The notes beneath the pieces are model-generated. The model was not told the DNA's origin and made no database searches. It was given only the letters and a program-made list of their open reading frames with translations. The position numbers and the translations under genes are program-made. 21,601 nucleotides of DNA from Dehalococcoidia bacterium (GTDB lineage Bacteria > Chloroflexota > Dehalococcoidia > Lucifugimonadales > UBA3495): contig JASLXV010000027.1 in NCBI GenBank assembly GCA_030740155.1, positions 1 through 21,601 on the forward strand, written 5' to 3'. This document shows positions 8,880 to 16,765 of this stretch, piece by piece; within the stretch, counting starts at the first letter, position 1, and each line of letters begins with the position of its first letter.

Positions 8880-9336
8880 GGATTTCCTCCCAAGTGATGG
8901 ACTGGCATACCATCGCGTGCACCATCGCGACACTGTTGCGGAAAGACCGTCCCGCTGCCGCGGTCCCCGCCGGTTTCCGGGTTCCCGCCGATTCCGGCGA
9001 ATGGAGCATCAGAAAGGGAGCAGCACCCAGTTATTCTCCTGTGCCGTCCCAGTTGAACTACAGGCCCCTGAACCGCAGGGCCGCGAGGAGGTGAGGCAAG
9101 AGAAAGTCCGGGGACGACAAGTGCTCGCTGACGCACCTGAAACTAGTGGGACGTGCTCGAACCGGACCCGCAACCCCCGCAACAAGAGACGTTGGCTGGT
9201 CAAGCTTCGCTGCTTTGACGAGTACAAGATACAAGCACACCCTATGCTTAAGCAAGTTCTGGGCACACGTCGGCCCGCCAAGGTCGAATGTCATTTCGGT
9301 TTGGCGGTCTACAATCCCAAGGTAACGGCGTGGGTT

Positions 9337-9420
9337 CCTGTGCTTTGCGCGGCATGCAAGAAGCAGAATAGAAAGCTAGCTGAACTGCTCCTCGCTCACG
9401 GGGCCGATCCTAATGCTGAA
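9337..9420 (+). pseudogene. Isolated ankyrin-repeat remnant
   Basis: PVLCAACKKQNRKLAELLLAHGADPNAE fits one ankyrin repeat. There is no second repeat and no credible start nearby. Confidence 0.5.
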
Positions 9421-9545
9421 TTGTTGGCAACCAGCACAAATGGGACAGTTTGGGACCCGAGAGATCAGAGGTGTGGAAGAGCTCGAGTGATCTCCCTGGG
9501 GGTCCGGTTATGAAGTCTTCGCCTATCGATCGTCTGAGCCTTCAC

Positions 9546-9650
9546 CTCCTTTCTGGAAGTAATTTACCTTCATTCCAGGAGCTCACGCCACCTCCACTTT
9601 CTCGGGTTTTCTTACACCCCAATGCGTCCCATTATTGCTGCCGGTCTACA
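9546..9650 (-). repeat. 105-bp direct repeat, copy 2
   Basis: 99/105 identical to 37-141. It ends in AAAGGAG(GTG), but no convincing ORF follows. Confidence 0.9.
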
Positions 9651-9735
9651 CTGTAACGCCGATTATCTGCGAATGTGTGATTGTCTGAAAGGGGTACCAG
9701 CCGTCCCTGGGAGCCGGCTCGTAAGCGGCCGGGCC

Positions 9736-11379
9736 TTAGTCGACGCGGACGGTCACCGGGTAACCGTAGCACTTTAGGGAGAGGCTTCGCCCCGCGGTGC
9801 CCCCGACCACGGCGATGTGGAACATCTCCGGTGACTCCGTCGCCAGTATGAGCCGGTCGTCGGGCGCGTCCATGACCCACCGGTATTCCGGGGCGTTGCG
9901 CTCCGGGTGATTGCGATGGATGTTCTTGAACCACGCGGCGGGGATGCGGGCGTTCTCGTGCAGGAATCTCTTCAAGCCGTCCCTGGTCCACCCGGACCCA
10001 GCCAGCATCTGGGCGTGTTCCGGACCCACAAGCAGCAGCACCCTGGCGGAGTGGTTGGTGTCCTTCCCCCACCTCTCTTCCCATCCCAGGAACTCGCCGC
10101 TGGGATAGGTCGAATAGGCGGCCAGGGTCCTGGCGATGCCGTCCGCCGCTGAGTTGAAGACATCCAGAATGTCCACGTCGCTCAGGGTATTGAAGACCGT
10201 AACGGTATTGTCTTCGGGGGAATAGCCACGGTCGGCGTGGAAGGGCACCCAGGGGCTGGCCTCGACGTTCTCCGCGACGAACATGTTGAATTTCCTGGGG
10301 GATCCGACGGTCGACGCGTCCAGCAGCGTGGGATAGGCGCGCCCCACGTTCATGACAATCAGCCGCATTGCCCTGGCGAGGCGCATGTTCACCCGAGACG
10401 GCGCTCCCGGCACCAGGGCCGCGGTTCCGGAGTTCATCTCGAGGGCCTTCCCGATGGGACCGTTTACCAGGTAGAGCTGGCCATACCCCCCGGTCGACAC
10501 CAGCGCCGTCCGGCTGGGAAACGGGTACGTCGTCAACGCCCTGACCGCCGCCAGGACGACCGGCATCTCTTCCGCGACACAGCCCGCCATGGCCGCGTTG
10601 GCGGCGATGTGCAGGACCGTGGCGATGCCGCTGGCGGGCGGCAGGATTGTAACGACTTCGGAGGGGTCGCGCCCGGAGCCCCGGACCAGATCATCCACCG
10701 CTTCCCGAGTAGGTGGGAGCAAGGGGAAGCCGTCGGTCCAACCCCGCTCGGTGAACACCCGGTTCATCTTGTGGAAGCAGGCCAGAAGGTCTTCTGCTTC
10801 AAATGTCTCCGTTTCCGGCGCCGGGGCCTCAGGCGCGGTGTAGGGGGCGATCCTGGGGCTGGTGAGGCCCTCGATTATTGCTTCGAAGGCAGCCAGGGCC
10901 TGGACCCTCACCTGATCATCCGGAATGCTGGTGAAGCAATCGGGAACGAAGGCAAAAGCCAAGGAGCCGGCGCCGAAAGCCCGGGCGTGGGTCTCGGCGC
11001 TGGCCCGGAACTTTTCGGCCACGATGATAACGCAGGGGAGGCCCATCCGCTCCAGTTTGTGCTGGTCGAGCACCAGGCTCGACGTTCCGCCCCCTCAATC
11101 GGCGGTGGCCCCGATTACGGCGTCGCACTCCTCCACCGCCTTCGCTAGCACATGGTCGTTGGTCGGGTTGGTGCCCCGGATCTGGACCAGCTTGACGCCC
11201 TTGAAGCGGCGTTGGAGTTCTTCGCCCACTGCGGCCAGGCCGACGTCGCCGCGGGCCTTGTGGTTCCAAAGAAGCCCCACCCGCATGCCTGCCAGGGTAA
11301 CGATGCGGGGTGCTGCCGGTGTCTGGTGTTCCGTTCCCACAGTGGGCGCCTGGGGAATGTAAACCTCTAGCTTCGCCAT
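9736..11379 (-). CDS. UGSC-family selenoprotein fused to its uncharacterised partner domain (~547 aa, Sec at codon 95)
   Basis: ORFs 11095-11436 and 9736-11073 share a frame and are joined by one TGA (11097-11095): ...ECDAVIGATAD-U-GGGTSSLVLDQHKLERMGLPCV..., matching the family pattern CDAVI..GD-U-GSCTS...D...LE..GIP. A SECIS-like hairpin follows. The C-terminal domain has GWTDGFPLLPPT, NAAMAGC, VNGPI and AENVEASPW. An AGGAG RBS precedes ATG 11379. Confidence 0.88.
11065..11097 (-). promoter_or_regulatory. Bacterial SECIS-like element with its UGA codon
   Basis: The mRNA reads UGA, an 11-nt spacer (GGGGGCGGAAC), then GUCGAGC-CUGGU-GCUCGAC: a perfect 7-bp stem with a G-containing apical loop. 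Confidence 0.75.
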
Positions 11380-11579
11380 CTGCCTTCTCCTGATGCGGTG
11401 GTCTGCATCTTCCATGTTTCTCAGACGCGCGGACACGCCGCACGCTTCTCATCATCCGAGCGGGAGGCCGCCGGGTTTCAAACGGTCAAGTCGCCGATGC
11501 GCCCGGCCCAACGAAGGGCCGCCCGAACCAGGGCCGCCATCGCCTGGAATTCGTGGCCCCACGCAGCCGGGCCGAGGGC

Positions 11580-12296
11580 CTATCCGCCGTGCCCTTCCGA
11601 CGACAGCGGATTGAAGGTCACCCGGTTCATGGGCGCGTCGCTGTTGTTGCGCCACTGGTGGTGAACGTTAGGGGGCACCAGAATGGCGTCACCTTGGGAA
11701 ACAGTGTACTCCTTTCCGCCGCAGACCAGAGTGGCCTGCCCGTCCAGGACAAACACCGTGTGTTCCCAAGGATGGTTGTGCCCGCCGGTGTCGGGATGCG
11801 AGACCGCGCCGGGCGCCATCGCGCCGTTGTAGAGCATCAAATAGTTGGGCGCGCCGTCTCTGGAGCCGAGGATTTCGTGCCCTGTTTCCTTATTCAAGTC
11901 CCGGTAGTTGCGTATCACCGGGGGCTGACCGGTCCCGGTCCCACCTTCGTTCTGCGCGCCGCCGCTCTGGGCGGCGATCAGGTGGTTGACCTCGATACGA
12001 TGAATGTCCTCCCGGCCCCCGTTGTTCAGGGTATAGTGGTCCACGTTGGGCGGTATGTAGAGGGCGTCACCGTCCCTTACCGGGTACTCCTTGCCGTCAC
12101 ACACCAAGGTTCCCGACCCGCTGATGATGTAGACTTCGTGCTCCCAGGGATGGATATGGTGAATGCTGGTCTTGCCGGGCTTGATCTCCGAGTAGGTCAT
12201 TGTGCAGGTTGGGGGGTTATCGTCCAGCCAAACCAGCCGGGCTGACGAGGTTAGCGGCGTGCCGAAGCTGCTGATGTTCCTGATCATGGGTTCCAA
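11580..12296 (-). CDS. Bicupin (two tandem cupin domains)
   Basis: Has two HxHPWEH metal motifs (HIHPWEH, HNHPWEH), each followed by GDAxxxPPNVxH. GAGGAGG lies 8 nt before TTG 12296; ATG 12287 is an alternative start. Confidence 0.9.
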   Translation of the reverse strand: MEPMIRNISSFGTPLTSSARLVWLDDNPPTCTMTYSEIKPGKTSIHHIHPWEHEVYIISGSGTLVCDGKEYPVRDGDALYIPPNVDHYTLNNGGREDIHRIEVNHLIAAQSGGAQNEGGTGTGQPPVIRNYRDLNKETGHEILGSRDGAPNYLMLYNGAMAPGAVSHPDTGGHNHPWEHTVFVLDGQATLVCGGKEYTVSQGDAILVPPNVHHQWRNNSDAPMNRVTFNPLSSEGHGG

Positions 12297-12521
12297 ATCG
12301 TGCACCTCCTCAATTGATCGGGTCTGTGATCGGGTCTGAGACGCTGGCGTCCCATACCGATTCGCGGCCGGGATGGGCCCGTCACGACTCCCGCCCGCCT
12401 CGCGCATGCGGGGCGTCAAGACGCGGACCCGGTCCGGCGGTGTGTAGCCCAGCGTCTCCTCTTCCAGGTTGATTCAACTGTTTCTTCATCCCGGTTCCTT
12501 CTTCCTGGGCCACGATGAGCT

Positions 12522-12560
12522 ATTATATGGCCGATACCGCTGGCTGGGTCAATATGACCC
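12522..12560 (-). promoter_or_regulatory. Putative bicupin promoter overlapped by a palindromic operator
   Basis: Minus strand reads TTGACC-19 nt-TATAAT (a long spacer). The palindrome GGGTCA-ATA-TGACCC (12546-12560) covers the -35 box. Confidence 0.45.
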
Positions 12561-12690
12561 TGGCAATTCAGGTATGAGTGCCTGCTTTCTTTGAGGGGAA
12601 TATGGGTGGGTTGAATGCGAGAGGAGCCGATCCCGGTCCCTTTCATCGCTGGTGACGGGATGGGTCAGGCTACCGGGTCACGCTCTGTTA

Positions 12691-12719
12691 TTGACGCCCC
12701 TGGGGCCAGTTGTTATTAT
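12691..12719 (+). promoter_or_regulatory. Sigma70-type promoter for the cupin/hydrolase genes
   Basis: TTGACG-17 nt-TATTAT with an extended -10 TGn. Confidence 0.65.
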
Positions 12720-12817
12720 TGCGCCGGTCCGGTCGGCCGGTCCGGGCAGCACTTTCCAGCCGCATTCGAGCACTTAGTGCCGGCACCGGGGAGCCGGCAC
12801 CAGCGGGGAGAATCGCG

Positions 12818-13168
12818 ATGCAAGTGGTCAGGGTCTATTCCGGAGAGGATGGGGAGTCCCACTTCGAGGAGCTGGAGTTGTCATACGAGCAGATGGCCGA
12901 TTTCGAGCTGACCGCGATGCAATCCGCGACCGGGATCCTGTTCCGCCGCGTGGCGCCAGGGACGTTGTCGGGCTGGCACACCGCGCCGCGCCGCCAGTAC
13001 GTCATCACCCTGGAAGGGCAGATGGAGATCGGCCTGGGCGACGGAAGCAAACGGATCTTCAATCCCGGCGACGTGCTCCTGGCCGACGACCAGACCGGGC
13101 GCGGCCATACTACCAAGGTCGCTGGCAGCAAGCCCCGGGTCTCCATCGCCATTCCCCTGGTGGACTGA
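12818..13168 (+). CDS. Small cupin-fold protein
   Basis: Motifs VRVYSGEDGESHFE, WHTAPRRQYVITLEG and PGDVLLADDQTGRGH. A GGGGAG RBS precedes ATG 12818. Confidence 0.85.
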   Translation: MQVVRVYSGEDGESHFEELELSYEQMADFELTAMQSATGILFRRVAPGTLSGWHTAPRRQYVITLEGQMEIGLGDGSKRIFNPGDVLLADDQTGRGHTTKVAGSKPRVSIAIPLVD

Positions 13169-13294
13169 GCCCGCCTTCCAACGTTCGTAGTTCTCACCCA
13201 TTAGCATTGGCGAGAGGGTCAAAAGCATCGGCCGGCACCGCTCTTTCCTAGCAGGAGAAGGGCCACCGACACGGGCACCACAAGGAGGTGAACT

Positions 13295-14101
13295 ATGCCA
13301 ACGGTCCGGTTGGACGATACCCTGGAGATGTACTACGAGGACGACGACTACACCGACCCGTGGAGGACGCCCGAGACAGTGGTGCTGCACCACGGCAACG
13401 CCAAGAGTTCCCGCCTCTGGTACGCTTGGGTCCCCCTGCTGGCCCGCCAGTACCGGGTGATTCGCCTGGATGCCAGGGGCTTCGGCCAGTCCTCGGTCCC
13501 CCCGGAGGGCTACGACTGGTCGTTGAGCAATTTTGGGACCGACCTGCTCCGCCTGCTCGATCACCTGGGGTTGGAGAGGGTGCACCTCATCGGGGAGACC
13601 ATTGGCGGGACGATTGGCCTGCAATTCGCCTACGACCACCCGGAGCGGCTCAATTCCCTGATGGTCTGTACTTCGCCCTACAAGTTTGCCGGGGTGGCCA
13701 CCTACCTGGAGTACTACCGGCTGGTGCAGGAGGAGGGGGTGGAGGCCTGGGTCCGTAAGACGGCCAACCAACGGGTGGACCCAACCGAGTCGGCGGCCCA
13801 CCACGAGTGGTACATTCAGCAGATGTCCCAAACGCCGCAGCGGGTGGTGCTGGAGACCCTGGCTTATCTGGCCACCCAGGATTTATCTGACATAATGCCC
13901 AAGATTCAAACGCCGACGCTGGCCCTGGTGGCCGAGCACAGCCATGCCAACACTCCGGGCCGCACGCGGGGCGTAGCTGATCTGATGCCCAACGGGCAGA
14001 TGCTGGTTATTCCCGGCACCAGCGGCTACGTGCAGCACTCGGCGCCCGAGAAGTGCGCCGCCGCCTGGCGGGAGTTCCTGGGGGGGCTGAGTCACCGGTA
14101 G
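13295..14101 (+). CDS. Alpha/beta hydrolase fold protein
   Basis: Motifs VVLHHG, RVIRLDARGFGQS, VHLIGETIGG (nucleophile elbow) and KIQTPTL. An AAGGAGG RBS lies upstream. Confidence 0.92.
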   Translation: MPTVRLDDTLEMYYEDDDYTDPWRTPETVVLHHGNAKSSRLWYAWVPLLARQYRVIRLDARGFGQSSVPPEGYDWSLSNFGTDLLRLLDHLGLERVHLIGETIGGTIGLQFAYDHPERLNSLMVCTSPYKFAGVATYLEYYRLVQEEGVEAWVRKTANQRVDPTESAAHHEWYIQQMSQTPQRVVLETLAYLATQDLSDIMPKIQTPTLALVAEHSHANTPGRTRGVADLMPNGQMLVIPGTSGYVQHSAPEKCAAAWREFLGGLSHR

Positions 14102-14219
14102 CGGTCAGCGCTCAACTGTCAGCTGTAAGAAGAAGTGGTCCGACTCGAATCTGCTGACCGGCAGCAACCCCGTGGCTTACAGTCGTCCGCTGATCGCTGA
14201 AAGCTGAGTGCTGACCGCT
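14100..14219. repeat. Heptamer-built (GCTGANN) inverted repeat between convergent genes
   Basis: 14100-14123 matches the reverse complement of 14196-14219 at 21/24. The right arm reads GCTGATC-GCTGAAA-GCTGAGT-GCTGACC-GCTG. An inner CTGTAAG/CTTACAG pair is also present. Confidence 0.75.
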
Positions 14220-14220
14220 G

Positions 14221-14997
14221 TCAGAACAACGACCGGGACTGGCCGCCGTCCACATTGATGCAGGCGCCGGTAATCAGATCGGACCGGTCCGACGCCAGAA
14301 AGGCCACGGTCTCGCCGATGGGTTCAGGCCAGCCAAACCGGCCCGCGGGGAGGTTCCGGGCGATGAACTCGGCCACCACCTCCGGGGTGTTGGTCTTTTG
14401 GAAGCGGTCCCAACTCCCGCCGGGAAAGTCGATGGAGCCTGGAGCCACGCTGTTGACCCGGATGTTGAGAGGCGCTAGTTGCAGGGCCAGGTGCTTGGAG
14501 AAAGCGATGAGCCCGGCTTTGGCCGTCATGTAATCGATGGAGCCACCGTGCTCCCGGCCGAAGATCGAGGAGATATTGACGATGCGTCCCCAGCCCTGGG
14601 CCTTCATGTGGGGCAGTACCAGGCCCACCATGCGGAACGCGCTGACCAGGTTGACCTCCAGCCCTTCGCGGAACTGTTCCAGGCTGGTCTCCTCGAAGAT
14701 CACCGAGCCGCGGCGGCCGCCCACGTTGTTCACCAGGATGTCGGGGTACCCCAGGTTGGCGACCGTCTCGCTGTAGAACCGGGCGGCGTCGTCATCACTG
14801 GTAACGTCGGCCGGTACGCCGTGGACATGGTAACCCTGGGCCTTGAACTCGGCCACGGCGGCGTCGAGGGTCTCCGAGCCGCGGGCACAGATCGATATCT
14901 TGCAGCCTTCTCGGGCCAGGCTCGTTGCCGCCTGTTTCCCCAGGCCCCGGCTCCCGCCGGTTATCATTGCCACCTTGCCGTTCAGCCCCAGGTCCAT
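14221..14997 (-). CDS. Short-chain dehydrogenase/reductase (SDR)
   Basis: Motifs TGGSRGLG, DILVNNVG, catalytic YMTAK, IRVNSVAPG and INVDGG. An AGGAGG RBS precedes ATG 14997. Confidence 0.95.
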   Translation of the reverse strand: MDLGLNGKVAMITGGSRGLGKQAATSLAREGCKISICARGSETLDAAVAEFKAQGYHVHGVPADVTSDDDAARFYSETVANLGYPDILVNNVGGRRGSVIFEETSLEQFREGLEVNLVSAFRMVGLVLPHMKAQGWGRIVNISSIFGREHGGSIDYMTAKAGLIAFSKHLALQLAPLNIRVNSVAPGSIDFPGGSWDRFQKTNTPEVVAEFIARNLPAGRFGWPEPIGETVAFLASDRSDLITGACINVDGGQSRSLF

Positions 14998-15159
14998 GGT
15001 CACCTCCTGCCTTCGTCGAGTGCCCGAGTCAACGAAAGTCTATCGCAATTTACACCGCCGCGCGCGGGGAGGCGAGGATGGGGTCCCCCCACCTAAAGCA
15101 TCCGGGCTACTTGGAAGCGGCACGAGTCCAACGTCTTGCAAACGGCTAGATACCCGGTC

Positions 15160-15226
15160 CGTCATTCCGGCGAAGGCCGGGGTCCAGCCAATGCATCTCT
15201 GGATTCCGGCCTTCGCCGGAATGACG
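15160..15226. repeat. REP/RPE-like palindromic element, copy 1
   Basis: Arms CGTCATTCCGGCGAAGGCCGGGGTCCAG and CTGGATTCCGGCCTTCGCCGGAATGACG form a hairpin of hairpins. Confidence 0.85.
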
Positions 15227-15301
15227 ATGATGGGGAGGGTGCCTTGGCCTAGAGTCTCGCAAATGGCTTGTTACCCGGCCCGCAGACCGGCGAAGCCCCT
15301 C

Positions 15302-15367
15302 CGTCATCCCGGCGAAGGCCGGAATCCAGGGAGGCAAGACTGGACCCCGGCCTTCGCCGGGATGACG
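15302..15367. repeat. REP/RPE-like palindromic element, copy 2
   Basis: Arms CGTCATCCCGGCGAAGGCCGGAATCCAG and CTGGACCCCGGCCTTCGCCGGGATGACG. Confidence 0.85.
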
Positions 15368-15556
15368 ATGGTGGGGTGGCCTCCCTTCGTGGGCAGCGGC
15401 GCATTTTCGCAACCGTTGCCGTCGGCGGTCCTGGCCAGAAAGAATATTGTCGCTCGAAAAGCCCGGTCCACCGCGAATAGATCCGTGGGCCGCTGGTTGC
15501 CGGCCGATGTCGGCTATAATTGGCGGGGACTTACTGATTGGCGGAGGAGTCAGCGA

Positions 15557-16765
15557 ATGCAAGCTCTCGAAGGAATCAAGGTCTTGGACTTCTGCCGGAA
15601 CACACCCGGTATGTTTTGCACCATGATCCTGGGCGACCTGGGCGCCGAAGTGCTGATGCTGGAGCGGCCGATGACGGGCGACCGGGTGGCGTACGAGCGG
15701 GTGGTGAACCACATTGAAAACCCCGAGGATGAGAGAAGGCACGCCGCCTACAACTCGCTACGGCGGAACAAACAGAGTATTGGCTTGAACCTGAAGGAGC
15801 CCGAGGCCCTGGAGCTGTTCTACCACCTGATCCGGGACGCCGACGTCGTGATCGAAGGGTTCCGTCCAGGAGTGATGGAACGCCTGGGGGTGGGTTACGA
15901 GAAGGTTAAGGAGATCAACCCGCGCATCGTTTACTGCTCCATCTCCGGCTACGGACAGGATGGGCCCTACAAACATTTGGCGGGACATGACATCAACTAC
16001 ATCTCCCTGGCCGGAGCGTTGGGCTTGATCGGTCCCTCGGAAGAGGAAAAGCCGTCAATCCCCCTCAACCTGATGGCGGACTACGCCGGGGGAGGCCTGT
16101 GCGCGGCGGTGACCATCCTGGCGGCCCTGATGGCTCGAGAGCGCACGGGAAGAGGACAGTACCTCGACATCGCCATGACCGACGGCGTGCTGTACATGCT
16201 GGAGGGCGTCATATCGAACATGCTGGCCTGGAACCGGGCGCCCCAACGGGGAGGGAGCATGCTGAACGGGGCCGCTCCCTACTATAACGTCTACGAGACC
16301 AGTGACGGCAAATACCTGTCCGTCGCCGCCATCGAACCCTGGTTCTGGGAAAACCTTTGCCGGACCATGGGGCGGGAAGACCTGGTCCCGCAGCAACGCG
16401 CCCGGGGTCCACAACGGCAGGAAATCCTCGGCTTCCTGCAAGACACCTTCCGCACCCGGACCCGGGATGAATGGTTCGAACTCTTGAGAGACCAGAACAT
16501 CTCCGTGGGTAAGGTGTACAGCATCGAGGAAGCCCTGGCGGACCCCCAGGTGGCCCATCGAGGCATGGTGGTGGAGGTGGAGGCGCCGGGCCTTCCCGAG
16601 GGCAAGGTATCCCAGGTGGGTATCCCCCTGCGCATGTCCGAGACGCCGGGGCAGATACGCTTCGTCGGTTCCGTCACCGGCCAGCACACGGAGGAAGTCT
16701 TGCTCGGCATGGGATATTCCCTGGAGCAGGTTGAGGACCTGCGAAGCCGTGAGGTGGTGCAATAA
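15557..16765 (+). CDS. Family III CoA-transferase (CaiB/BaiF, alpha-methylacyl-CoA racemase-like)
   Basis: Motifs ALEGIKVLDF, LGDLGAEV, RNKQSIGLNLK, ADVVIEGFRPGVMERLG, GHDINY and catalytic ADYAGG. A GGAGGAG RBS precedes ATG 15557. The track's upstream extension is just translated REP sequence. Confidence 0.95.
   Translation: MQALEGIKVLDFCRNTPGMFCTMILGDLGAEVLMLERPMTGDRVAYERVVNHIENPEDERRHAAYNSLRRNKQSIGLNLKEPEALELFYHLIRDADVVIEGFRPGVMERLGVGYEKVKEINPRIVYCSISGYGQDGPYKHLAGHDINYISLAGALGLIGPSEEEKPSIPLNLMADYAGGGLCAAVTILAALMARERTGRGQYLDIAMTDGVLYMLEGVISNMLAWNRAPQRGGSMLNGAAPYYNVYETSDGKYLSVAAIEPWFWENLCRTMGREDLVPQQRARGPQRQEILGFLQDTFRTRTRDEWFELLRDQNISVGKVYSIEEALADPQVAHRGMVVEVEAPGLPEGKVSQVGIPLRMSETPGQIRFVGSVTGQHTEEVLLGMGYSLEQVEDLRSREVVQ

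Noticed and set aside
9000..9120. Possible 3' end and right IR of the IS407-like element (SQLNYRP; CCGGGGACGACA)
   Set aside because: The similarity is too weak to call by eye and would need TBLASTN or ISfinder.
8632..9513. 293-aa ORF as a real gene
   Set aside because: It begins antisense to hyuB and is not protein-like apart from one ankyrin-like repeat.
9464..9544. Short ORF downstream of the SD in repeat copy 2
   Set aside because: The only nearby start (GTG) overlaps the SD and gives about 26 unrecognisable residues.
14843..15556. 238-aa N-terminal extension of the CoA-transferase in the ORF track
   Set aside because: It overlaps the SDR antisense and translates the REP palindromes. 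The real RBS and ATG are at 15543-15559.
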